From Naegleria gruberi (taxonomy: Eukaryota): a DNA stretch of 64,000 nt. Where the stretch lies: the NCBI GenBank assembly GCA_000004985.1, contig GG738904.1. One strand, 5' to 3'. A program made the translations under genes and the position numbers. Positions 41,632 through 52,436 of this stretch are shown here, piece after piece. Within the stretch, counting starts at the first letter, position 1, and each line of letters begins with the position of its first letter. Below the pieces are notes generated by a model, which was not told where the DNA came from, searched no databases, and saw only the letters and a program-made list of their open reading frames with translations.

Positions 41632-42691
41632 CTAGCAAAAAGTTTCTTCAAATGGCTGGCAATTTCCCTTTCCCAAAATTGCAAAATAAACATTATCAAA
41701 CCTATTCTTGAAAGCTGGTTCGTTCAATACTTGTTCGAAACATGACGAAACTGTCTTGGTATCATTCAAGTAAGCTCCACATCCAAATGCTCCCAACACC
41801 AAATCTCTTTCCTCCATCTTTAATGCACAATAGAGCACCATCCTAATCTTTAGTTTCGTATGTTTGATGAATAGTTCCTCATTTAACACTCCGTGCTTAT
41901 CATAATATTTTGAATGATCTGTCTTTCTGAAATATTTGATTCTCAAATCAATGGCACCAGCAGCAGCCACATTAATGAATATACAGGGATCCACAAGTGA
42001 ATAATCGCCAGTTTCTTTAAAGTTTCTAATAATTGGCAATTGAGGAGTATAGGTTACTCCAAATTCCAAAATATGATGAGGATCTTCATCTGTATTCAAT
42101 GCTCGCTTTTCAAGTTCCTTTCCAACAATTTCATTCAAATCAGGATCAATACTATATCTGTAAATTACTGATTTTCTCTCAATGAATTCTTCCTGAGTTC
42201 CTAAATAAGGAACCCAATACTTTCCACAAATTGTTCTTCTCGATGCTTTCAACATTTCCAATTTTAACCATTCAACAATATTTGATGAACCTACCCAAAT
42301 TCAAAACCATTGGCGTTCTTCCAGTTTTTTCAAACAATTCAAAAGCAACTTGCAAACAATCAGCATCCAAAACTTTAAAACAAGTTTTCTTTTCTTCATC
42401 ACTTGGTAATGATGACGATTGTAATTCTATAAATTGTGCAACTTCTTCCTCAGCTTTGTGTTCATCATCATGTCCAAGCAGCACAGTTCCTTCCTTGATT
42501 GTTCGGATGTGGTCCGATAAATTAATTTCCTTCTTTTTCAAATAGTAAGTCTGCTCTGCGAATATTTCCTTATTTTCAGCAAGGACAGAACCAGGCAATC
42601 TGGTGAATGGCAAGAGATTGATGAGGGAGAATGAACAATCGTTGGTTCCTTCTATATTGAGTGTAGGCATTTTTTTATTGTAAAACCCCAT
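41632..42691 (-). CDS. Macro-domain protein of the bacterial-type PARG / DUF2263 family, 2 exons
   Basis: Exon 1 (minus strand) is 42691-42295 and ends ...TPMVLNL. A 49-nt intron spans 42294-42246, with GTAGGT donor and gaaAG acceptor on the minus strand. Exon 2, 42245-41632, continues ASRRTICGKYWVPYLGTQEEF...LVLGAFGCGAYLND. VLNxAS...QEE...GAxGCGxF is the signature of the microbial-type PARG/macro family. Confidence 0.5.
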
Positions 42692-42772
42692 TTCATTCTC
42701 AAATGTTCATTGTTCTGTATTGATGGTTAGTTTCTTATGAAGAAGAAATAATATAAGTAAGATTTTGATTTC

Positions 42773-44263
42773 CTAAAGTTTTAACGAAGTCATGGATGAT
42801 AAACTGATCATTGGAGATCTTGGTGATAGCCTCTTTTGCTTTGCATTCCAATCATTTGAAACTTTCTGAATGGTCTTGTTAGAGAATTTGAGTCTTGAAT
42901 AGGAATCTACCAAGTTGCTCAGCACGTGAAGTTGAATATCGGCAAATAAATCATCTGTTAATGCATTTTGATTATCTGCAAAACTAATATTGTCCATAAT
43001 TACGGTCTTTACAGAATAGAGATCAGAGGGCAAATTCAATTGGAAAGGTGAATCTTCGTACAAGTATTTCTTTACCATTCGGTGTGCAATTTTCTTTCTT
43101 TGCCTTAATGCTGTTTCACGTTTATATTTCTCAATATCAGCATAGCACAGCAAATTTTCAGGGCAAAACGACTTTCTCAAATAATCCAAGAATATTTGAA
43201 ATGTTTCCTTATTGGAAATTATCATTTCAATTTCTGAATCACATTCTCTTTTTTCTTTTGAATCTGCATGGATGGCTCTAATTATAGGAATTAAAATTGT
43301 GAGAACCAACTCGAATGTACTGTAAGCTGCAACTACAAATCCAGAAGGAACGAAATAGTCCACAATCTCTACCACTGAAGCAACACTTAAAAATGTAAAG
43401 ATTACTGCAGTCAAGATTTGAGTGGCAACCAAAAGGAAAACTTCCCTCTTAATATGCCAAGTATCATTGTCAACAGTAAAGCAAAGTCCAATAGCAATAA
43501 ATTCCACAATAAAATAGCAAATACTAATTCCCACAACAAATAGAGTTGAGGGAAACCCTAACCCACATCCTTTTCCAAGTGAAATCAAGAGTGCTCCATC
43601 CATAAAGTAATGTTCATTTTGGAAAAAGCTATCCTCTACTACCATAAGCACAAACCACAGAAAGAGTTGGACTCCAATGGAAAGCCAAAATACTATGAGA
43701 GATGCTGTATTGTTGGTGAGAATGGAGTGTGCCTTGATGATGAATTTCTCTCTTGTCGTATTCTCTTCACGAGCTATAACTTGATTATTTTCAAAAGTTT
43801 CCACAACAGATGTCATGACTGATGAATTGACATTCCTATTACTAGTTGATATACTGTTGTTATTACTATTGTTGGAATTTTGTTTGGCTTGAATAAACAA
43901 GCTCTCTGTGTTCTGTTGTTCTTGTTGCATGCAATAGGAGCTTGATAAAGTGTTTGTCTTTATCAAATTGAATCTGTGCTGAAATACTAATCGCAAACAC
44001 CTCAATATTGAAGGCATTGCAAAACAAGGAGGAATTGAATAGCTAACAATACTAAATATCATACAGGGAAATCTAGATCTACCAACCGTAAAACGGAGAA
44101 GAGTAACAGATACATAGATAAAACTCCCTGTTAGTGTAACTACAATACCACTGATGGTACGTGATTGAAGATGTCCACTTTTCCTCTTCTTTATCACTCC
44201 TATGGCACAAATAACAACAAGAATGATGTACAAAACCAAACATGTTGCTGATAATATTGGCAT
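42773..44263 (-). CDS. Multi-pass membrane protein with C-terminal RGS domain (496 aa)
   Basis: It has ~7 hydrophobic helices. The C-terminal RGS domain is ETFQIFLDYLRKSFCPENLLCYADIEKYK...YLYEDSPFQLNL. Confidence 0.6.
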   Translation of the reverse strand: MPILSATCLVLYIILVVICAIGVIKKRKSGHLQSRTISGIVVTLTGSFIYVSVTLLRFTVGRSRFPCMIFSIVSYSIPPCFAMPSILRCLRLVFQHRFNLIKTNTLSSSYCMQQEQQNTESLFIQAKQNSNNSNNNSISTSNRNVNSSVMTSVVETFENNQVIAREENTTREKFIIKAHSILTNNTASLIVFWLSIGVQLFLWFVLMVVEDSFFQNEHYFMDGALLISLGKGCGLGFPSTLFVVGISICYFIVEFIAIGLCFTVDNDTWHIKREVFLLVATQILTAVIFTFLSVASVVEIVDYFVPSGFVVAAYSTFELVLTILIPIIRAIHADSKEKRECDSEIEMIISNKETFQIFLDYLRKSFCPENLLCYADIEKYKRETALRQRKKIAHRMVKKYLYEDSPFQLNLPSDLYSVKTVIMDNISFADNQNALTDDLFADIQLHVLSNLVDSYSRLKFSNKTIQKVSNDWNAKQKRLSPRSPMISLSSMTSLKL

Positions 44264-45455
44264 GATGATGGTATCATTACAATTGGCCCATTCATTCTTT
44301 TGAAAGGAAGGTATGGAGGAAATAAATTCGGGACACGTTGAATTACTACTATTAGTATTGTTGTTGTTGATATATTAAAATTATTATTGTTGGTAGAATT
44401 TTGTTGTAATTTAAAATTAATGAGTAACATCCTAATTGTAATGAACAGGCTTAAATTATTATTACTATTATTACTATTATTCTTGTTGATGTTTTACTGA
44501 CTTGTTTGCAAAGTCTCTTTTTTATAATATAGGAAAAATTCAAGCAAATGTTATCATACATCATGGCAACTAATCAGGAGTATCTCCAAACATCATTCAG
44601 AGATGGTACATCATCCCACATTATACCCATAATGATGAAAAGTATTAATATAACAGTTTTTTTCTCATCACCAATTTAATTACATATTTTTTGAAAAAAT
44701 TATTTTTTAAAATATTATCATAATACCTTGCTTCACCAATAATTACTTATGATAAGGAGAAGACTTGATTTCAATATCAAATAAGGCTTCAAAACGCTTA
44801 TTGAATTTACGTGAACAGTTGGTGGAAACCGTTGGTGGACCCAACACATTACGCGCGCAAAATTATTTTCCCTTCACTTCATCATCAACTACAGCGGTAT
44901 TCTATTTAATTCACCACCGAAACAAGCCAACAAACAAATTTCCAATATCAACTATTGAGCAAGTTTACAAAATTTTAATACAATCCCCAATTGTATAATT
45001 CTATATTCTCCAAGACATCAACATTTCCAATACCTTTCAGTCAAATTCTCAGCGATTTCATTCAAGTTATGTGCTTTTTTGGTGACCTTCTCCGCCCTCA
45101 TCAATCCTTAAAAAAGAAAAAAAATTTAAAACACACGCACCATTTTCCACAACAACAACAAAAACTGCACACAACAACAGAGAGCTACAAGAATAATAAT
45201 AATATTAAGAATAGCGACAGGACAATATAAAATTCATATACAAAAAAATGGTCCAAACCTTTGAGAATAATCAACTTGATGATGATGATGAATTAATGAT
45301 CACGATGAAGAATACTTCATCTGCATCGGTATCGAGTAGTGTTGATGCTACTGCTGTTGTGGCCGAATCCGAGAGTAATTTAATGGCAGCAACAAATTCA
45401 TTATCTACAACCGAAAACAGTAAAATAATTCGATGATCATCATGGCAAGAAACAG

Positions 45456-46334
45456 TTGCTGTTACCATCGACATCTACCACATCTACAATACGAGAATAT
45501 TCGCCAATTCATCATGAGCATGCCATGTCCATTGTTAATCAATTGGTCAGAGAAGGAAAGGTTGCAAGTTTTAGTGCATCATCTGTGAAAGATGTCAGTG
45601 ATCATCATTTGGCAGTTAAGTCTCTTGCACAATTATTAACAGAAGAAGAAGAACAACATGATGCAATGAATCAGCCACTTTCACCCAATTTCTTACTCGT
45701 TATCGTATTCAAGACAGTTCGTTTATTGGATTTACTTCACAAACATCACCTCGTGTACAGAAACTTGACATTGGAAAACATTCTAATTGAAAAGTTGCAA
45801 GATGGCAACTTGAATGTCCATTTAAATAATCTCGACAAGTCAATTGAACTCTTAATTGACCAACAAGTCAATTTAACATCCACAATTTCATTCCAAGGTG
45901 ATGAACATGCAGTTAGTTACAATGCTCCACTCCATCAATATTTTGACTTTAACAGAAATGCACAAATTACTCATGGCTATGAACCTCCAGAAATAATCCA
46001 CTCAACAACTTGCGAAAAACCTTTCATTTGCTTGAAAAGTGAAATTTGGAGTTTGGCCATTTGTATCCTACGAGTTCTTTTTAGAAAATCAATAATTATT
46101 CATCCAGAGAATTATGTTGAACAATTGGATGAACTGTTTGGTAGGGAGGTTGATGAAGATTTGGTGGCTACTCAGGACGAAAGTAAGACAATCATGACAT
46201 GTCTTAAGGAAATGACTAGAAATATGTTGTGTCCGAATGTATACGAAAGGTGGAGTTGTGCTGATGTTATTGAGTACATTTGTCTTGCTTCCACTTTTTT
46301 GAAAAGTATTACTCAAGAGTTTTTGAATCAATAA
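45456..46334 (+). CDS. Protein-kinase-like protein with degenerate catalytic loop (likely pseudokinase)
   Basis: LHKHHLVYRNLTLENILIE sits where HRDLKPENILI is expected. GYEPPEI and EIWSLAICILRVLF follow. The upstream ORF 45248-45436 may be a 5' exon. Confidence 0.4.
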   Translation: MLLPSTSTTSTIREYSPIHHEHAMSIVNQLVREGKVASFSASSVKDVSDHHLAVKSLAQLLTEEEEQHDAMNQPLSPNFLLVIVFKTVRLLDLLHKHHLVYRNLTLENILIEKLQDGNLNVHLNNLDKSIELLIDQQVNLTSTISFQGDEHAVSYNAPLHQYFDFNRNAQITHGYEPPEIIHSTTCEKPFICLKSEIWSLAICILRVLFRKSIIIHPENYVEQLDELFGREVDEDLVATQDESKTIMTCLKEMTRNMLCPNVYERWSCADVIEYICLASTFLKSITQEFLNQ

Positions 46335-46492
46335 GTTTCTAATAAAATGTAAATGTTTGGGGTTTAAACATTTTGAGGAGTTTAGAGATATGGAAAATGA
46401 AAAATCTTAATCAACAACTGTTGATGGTTGTCTACTTGTAGATTTTCAGTAAGCAACAGAAAGAAACGAAACTGTAGACGAAACTGAAAAAA

Positions 46493-49056
46493 ATGGAACA
46501 AGACTTTGAATACAATAGCTCATCAGAGGCGATTAGCATTTTGAATGAAGATGATCAAGAGGGAGAATGTTCTCCACTCACGGATCATATTACAGAACAC
46601 TTGTTGGCTCTTTCGTCTGCGGATATAAGTGATGATGAAGAACATGAGGAAGAAATGAGCCGAAACATGGACGAAAGTTGTTATTCATTGTATTCCAATT
46701 CACCAAACAAGAGAATTGAAGACATTTTGAATACAGGAATTAAATCTCCATACAACAATCGACCAAGAAGTGAATTTTCATCAGAAAATATATCAGAATA
46801 CAATGATGATGAATTGGACGAAACTATGCTCACGCCACAAGTCAGAAGAAGTCAACCTCCTCAACCGATTAGTTATGAAGCTGATGATACTTCATCAATT
46901 GAATCATTGAGTAGTTTGAGTAGTTATAATAGCGAAGATTATTCATGTAGTAGAAGTAAGTTTCACTTTCTTTCGTATAGTTTTCAAATATTTTAATAGT
47001 GCTGAATAATCCAATTCTTAATCACCCTTATCATTCTCAATATCCTCAAGTGAGTGCTCCTTCCCTTTCCCTTCAATTAGGAATCAATCAATTTGTCACT
47101 AATCAATTACAAAAGAAAAACATAGTTCAATATCTTCAAGATTCAGAACAAGAAAAGGAAACAATCAAATCCAATGTTGAAAATCTCAAGAAGGAGTTGG
47201 AAAGAAAGGATGCAGATGTCAAGGGAGCAAGAGGAGAAAACGATCACCTCAAAAAGGAAATTCAAAAATTAAATGACAAGATTAAACATTTGACAGAAGA
47301 GCTCACAAACGAAAAGAAAAATGTACTGGAGAATAAGAATAGCTTTTCAATCGATTTGGAAAAGAAGGAATCTGAAATTGAATTCCTCAATTCAAATGTT
47401 GAAAAATTAAGAATTGAAAATGAAAAATTAAATCAAGAACAAGGAATTGAAAAGATGAAACATGATGAAGAATTGTCAAAGATGGAATTCATGTTGGCTG
47501 AATTGAAATCTGAATTGGTTGGTTTGAAGGAGTATTGTTTGGAGACTCAAGCTCAGCTGACTGATGAATTGAAGAGAGTTGTTGAATATAGTAATGATCT
47601 TTCGAATAATATCAAGATTCAGAAGGAAGAATTGGTTGTAATGAAGAGTATTAATAGTGAAATTATAGAAAATTTAAAGGAGAAAAATGATTGCTTGAAA
47701 ACTTATGGAGAATTGGTCAATTCAAAGACTCAATCGCTTGATTTGAGAGAATCGTATATCGAGGAAGAAAGGCAACGACACAGAGAAGAACTGACAATCC
47801 TTATGGAAAGATCACGAGCTATTGAGCAAAACAATGAAGCACTCAAAGAGTTGAATCAAAAATTGGCCATTCAAATCAAATCTCAAGACGGTGCCATGAA
47901 AAATTTGCTGTCACTAATCAAGAAACTTGAAACTGAAAGCGAAGATTTAAAGCAAACTCACAAACAGAACATTAAGGAATTGACTGATTCGTTCAAACTC
48001 ATGTTAAAAGAATCAGTTCTGAAAATGTCATCTGAAAACAATTCATCTCCAGAATTGGCAAAATCAGAACAAGTGAATTTCGAATTGAAACTTGTCATTA
48101 AGAAACAAGAGGAAGAATTAGCCAAAACGAGAAAATTACTCCAACTCTCCAAGAAGGAAATCGAAGATCAACATCACAGATTCGAGCTCTATAAATTCGA
48201 ATTGGACGAATCTTCCAAAAAGAGAGCATCAGAATTGAATCAATTAAGATCTTCAAATTCTCAATTATTGGAAAATTATTTAGATACTGAACGAGAAAGA
48301 AGTGTCATTCAAATTGAATTCAATGAATTGAAATTGGAAAATTCGAGAAAGGATCATTTAATCAAACATTTGGAACAATCTCTATCCGAAACGAAAGCTG
48401 GAATGGAATCAATATTTAAGGAGAATAATTCATTGAAAAATCAAGTTGCCTCCATTAAGCAACAATATGCAGAGGATCATTTTGTTGTGCCGCCAATTAC
48501 TCCAAGAACTCCTATTCGAAAGGAATCGAATACCACTCCAACTAAATCTCGAGTTATTACACCAGCCCAGACATCTGTCAAACGTCCTACCAGTGCTTCC
48601 AAGTCAACCAATTCGTATAACAATTACAACTCAACCTTAGTCAATACTCAAACTAATTCATCCTATAGTTCACAACATCAAAGTTTGAGAAATTCTGGCA
48701 GTTTCGGCTCAGCTGTCATTAAACCAATTTCTCCAAAACACATGACGAATCATTCAGCTTCGAATACAAGAATGAAAGATTATCCAGTAGACGAAACTGA
48801 GATTACAGTCACTACCATCATTCCAAAGAATTCACAATCGTCAACTCGTCCAGGAAGTGCTGGAAGATCAGGTATTCCAACAATGATTTCGTCTTCCAAT
48901 CAGAAACGACCTCCTTCTCGACCAAACAATTCGAATAATTCTAATAGAAAGTCAACTCCAACAAGTACAAGAACTCAACTTTCGTCTACGATTGGATCGA
49001 CTAGACCACAAACAGTTTTGAAGAATTTGACACCTGCCAGAGGACTTTTTATGTAA
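46493..49056 (+). CDS. Acidic N-terminus + long coiled-coil + S/T/N-rich tail protein, 2 exons
   Basis: Exon 1 is 46493-46955. A 44-nt intron (GTAAGT...taatAG, 46956-46999) joins in frame to exon 2, 47000-49056. The middle ~450 aa are K/E/L heptad coiled coil. The C-terminus is Ser/Thr/Asn/Pro-rich. Confidence 0.55.
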
Positions 49057-49199
49057 ATAAATTTTTTCACAATAGTTTACAATAGTTTAATTTATTGGAA
49101 ATCAATCAATAAATAGAAATCCAAAAAAGTAGGAAAATTGTAACCAAGAAAACTGTTCTGCACATCACTGTCAGCAATCAAAAAAAAATATATTTCCAA

Positions 49200-50513
49200 A
49201 TGATTCATCACGATATTATTTCCGTGATTGCCAGCTTTCTACCACTTCAACAAATGATGAAATTAGAAAGAGTTTGCAAGGAGTGGAAACTAGGTCTCTA
49301 TCTTCATTGCTCCTCTGTGAAATCTTTCCAATTGACCAAACATTTACTCTATTTAATACAAGTACCTATTCCGAGACCTCTCATTTCGGATAAACAGGCA
49401 AGGAATGCACTTCGAGAATATTGTTATTCGAATGAAAAGACATTGTTTAATAATCAAGCATTTATTGCACCGAAAGATCAGAATCATCGGTTGACTATTC
49501 GAAAGATGGTTTCCAAGTGGTTTGGTGAGATGTTCGTGCATGTAGAGAAATTGCACTTTTCTGATGTTAGATTTTCAGGAGATTTGGTTGATGATTTCTT
49601 TTCAAGTCGAGTGTTTTGTGAAAAAATTAGACAATTGACATTTGTTGGATGTCACTTGATGAAATCATGTGCCAAAGAGTTTACAAACAAGATGAAGAAT
49701 GTGGAATGTATTATTTATTATAAGAATAAGTTGGAGGATGTGGATTTGAAGCATTTGACAGAATTTGTGAAAAGTTCTTCATTGAAATATTTGTATTATC
49801 CACAAGCTGATTTGGTCAACTTGTCTAAATTGACAGAGAAGGATAAACTCTCACCATTTTATTATGAATTGGATGATGAGTTCAAAGGAGAGGATGGAGA
49901 GGATGCCAAACATCAGGTTACCATTTTCGATATTGAAAAAACCAAACAATTTCACAAAACAAAAGGAAATTTTCATGAAACTTTGAAAATGTTTGGAATT
50001 ATTTCAAATGAATTTGAAGAATTTTATTACAAAACTTTGGAATTACCTGCCAATGAATGTATTTCACAATTTAATAGATTAATTGACAATGGAATGCACT
50101 TTTTTGATGTTAATTTTAAAAACGACTTTGTGATGGAATTGTTTTATAATCATTGGAGGCACTTTAATGTCATTGATTTTTTCCAAAATTATTTCAATCT
50201 CAAGCGGCACAAGACAGAAGTGTTACAGAAATTGTTAGCAAACTCAAAGTCAACTGAAGAACAATTTGAGATTGTTCAACAATTTTGGCCTCGATGCTCA
50301 ACCACCATAGAAAAGATTTCCCTATTGCAAATCTCCAGGATGAACAACGTGTTGGAACAATTAATTGAGGAGAAAATTGTAGAAATTGATTGGAAGGAAT
50401 TTGAAAATGAAATTGATTTCTGTGGTGTGTTGAAAATTGTTAAACAATGTTTAAGGAAGCGAAAGACAATGGAAAACAAGCTTTCCCCAGCCAATAAGAA
50501 AGCCAAACAGTAA
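49200..50513 (+). CDS. F-box-like domain protein (437 aa)
   Basis: The N-terminus, IISVIASFLPLQQMMKLERVCKEWK, has an F-box-like LP..(I/L)...L......V(C)K.W pattern. The remainder is unassigned. Confidence 0.45.
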   Translation: MIHHDIISVIASFLPLQQMMKLERVCKEWKLGLYLHCSSVKSFQLTKHLLYLIQVPIPRPLISDKQARNALREYCYSNEKTLFNNQAFIAPKDQNHRLTIRKMVSKWFGEMFVHVEKLHFSDVRFSGDLVDDFFSSRVFCEKIRQLTFVGCHLMKSCAKEFTNKMKNVECIIYYKNKLEDVDLKHLTEFVKSSSLKYLYYPQADLVNLSKLTEKDKLSPFYYELDDEFKGEDGEDAKHQVTIFDIEKTKQFHKTKGNFHETLKMFGIISNEFEEFYYKTLELPANECISQFNRLIDNGMHFFDVNFKNDFVMELFYNHWRHFNVIDFFQNYFNLKRHKTEVLQKLLANSKSTEEQFEIVQQFWPRCSTTIEKISLLQISRMNNVLEQLIEEKIVEIDWKEFENEIDFCGVLKIVKQCLRKRKTMENKLSPANKKAKQ

Positions 50514-50584
50514 ACAAATAAATTTCGAAAGTCCATCTAAGGCATTATTATTAAGCCAGTGATTAATATGGGTAATTTGTGTAA

Positions 50585-50656
50585 GGGACCATGGTCTAGT
50601 GGTATGATTCTCGCTTTGGGTGCGAGAGGCCGTGGGTTCGATTCCCACTGGTCCCC
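50585..50656 (+). tRNA. tRNA-Pro (anticodon TGG)
   Basis: GGGACCATGGTCTAGTGGTATGATTCTCGCTTTGGGTGCGAGAGGCCGTGGGTTCGATTCCCACTGGTCCC has a 7-bp acceptor stem GGGACCA/TGGTCCC and a GGTTCGATTCC T-arm. The anticodon loop is TT-TGG-GT. It is highly similar to eukaryotic tRNA-Pro. Confidence 0.85.
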
Positions 50657-50734
50657 TTTCCTTTTACTCCCTTCATATTTTACAATAAGGCAGTTTATTT
50701 TACATGCTTTTATTGTTAGATTAACAGGTTTTGA

Positions 50735-52153
50735 TTACACTTCAAATGTTGAATAATTTAAACAAGCATCCAATATAAATTCCTTATCCAATAAAAAGTG
50801 GTCCCTTATGTATAATAGGCATGTATAATTGTTTTGTATACATTCCCTGACAAAAGATCGATTCAAATCCATTGAATTTCCAACTCTTAATAAAACCATT
50901 GCGTCCTTCTTAATTGCCTCCAACATGAGTTCTCTATCCTTATAAATTTCAGGATAATTAATATTGGATGGGACGAATCCAAGTCGAATAGCTTCCTTAG
51001 CATCGTTTTTATCCTTCGATAACGACAATTTATCATTCCAATATTGTAACATATTTCTTTCAATAGACCATTCCTCCTCAGTGGATTGATCATCAACTTG
51101 AGATTGGAATTCATCCTGAAGCCTCTTAGAGGCATGGACGATAGCATGTCTATTCTTTGAAATTGCCAATTGTACTATTTCTGTATCATCTCTAAATCTA
51201 TCTGCATATCTCAGAGATAGAGGGTTCTTTCCAATAGCTTCTTCCACTATTTCTTTATCATATTTCAATGGTTCTTCAACATATCTCAATAAATCTCCAT
51301 CCTTCCTTAAAGCACACAAAACAATTTCTCTATCGTATCCTCTAATCATCTTACTAGCAAACCGAAACTCTGCCGAATTCTTCTTAACACTCTCCAATAC
51401 TATTGTTCTATTTTTACGAATTGAAATATCCACATACTCCAAAATCACTGGCTTTCTACTCCTCTCAATATACTTTATCACAAACTCTTCACTTCTTAAA
51501 AACTTGAAAAGTCCATCCAATTTCAATGGTTTTCTTAACATGGCTACCATTGCCATTTCTTCATCAATGATTAGCTCATTTGCAAATTCAATTGCATACT
51601 CATTCCTATACACAGCTTTCATCATGAATTGTTTGTTCCCTAATAGTGATTTATCAGTATAATTGAGAATATACTTGTTCTTCTCAACCAAGTTCAATAA
51701 AACATCTTCATACAAGCTAAACTCAGGCCAAGTTGTGAAAATGTGTTCAGTAACTCCCCGAGAAGGTTGGTTTTTGGAATTTCTCAAAACAGCCAATATT
51801 ATTTCAACCTCAGCTTTCAAATGTTCTCCTATAAACCAATAGGCATCTGCATGACTTTTGACAGCAATCAAAGCAAGTTCTCTATCATTCTGAATATCAT
51901 CCCTCAAATGTTCCATAAATAATCCACAATATTCCAACAATATCTTTATAAACTCTCTCTTTTCCATTAATTGATTCGGTATTTCAATCGTTGTTGAACG
52001 TCTATATTTTCTACAATAAATATACGAAACAATTTTGAAATATTTCAATTCTCGCTGAATGAAAAAGTAATTTCGGAATAAATTTTTCAACCATTCACTC
52101 TTAAAATTGACATCAAGAATAATAGAAACTCTATCACCAGCACGATCACACAT
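50735..52153 (-). CDS. DUF4116-like repeat protein (472 aa)
   Basis: A ~35-aa unit repeats: (I/V)(V/L)xAVxxNxxAxxFAxxxL(R/K)xDxE (VLESVKKNSAEFRFASKMIRGYDREIVLCALRKDGDLLRYVEEPLKYDKEIVEEAIGKNPLSLRYADRFRDDTEIVQLAISKN...). This is typical of the DUF4116 family. Confidence 0.5.
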   Translation of the reverse strand: MCDRAGDRVSIILDVNFKSEWLKNLFRNYFFIQRELKYFKIVSYIYCRKYRRSTTIEIPNQLMEKREFIKILLEYCGLFMEHLRDDIQNDRELALIAVKSHADAYWFIGEHLKAEVEIILAVLRNSKNQPSRGVTEHIFTTWPEFSLYEDVLLNLVEKNKYILNYTDKSLLGNKQFMMKAVYRNEYAIEFANELIIDEEMAMVAMLRKPLKLDGLFKFLRSEEFVIKYIERSRKPVILEYVDISIRKNRTIVLESVKKNSAEFRFASKMIRGYDREIVLCALRKDGDLLRYVEEPLKYDKEIVEEAIGKNPLSLRYADRFRDDTEIVQLAISKNRHAIVHASKRLQDEFQSQVDDQSTEEEWSIERNMLQYWNDKLSLSKDKNDAKEAIRLGFVPSNINYPEIYKDRELMLEAIKKDAMVLLRVGNSMDLNRSFVRECIQNNYTCLLYIRDHFLLDKEFILDACLNYSTFEV

Positions 52154-52436
52154 TTTTTCATCAATTAATTTTTTAATTAATCACCTCGTTGTGGTTAGAA
52201 AATATGATCTTGATGATTTTAAGGCTGCAATGTTTTTTTTGGATCCGAGTTCAACACACAGCCAATAATTGAAATAAATTGTAAATTCCGATACTCTATA
52301 TTCTTATTGACCAATAAATATAAACATGTTCGATATTGTTCGGTGCTCGATTCGTCCTTCCTCCCTCAACAGAAGCAAAACCTCCTTATTCATTTTTATT
52401 ACATTCAATTGCTACATTGTTTTTGTTTATATGAAA

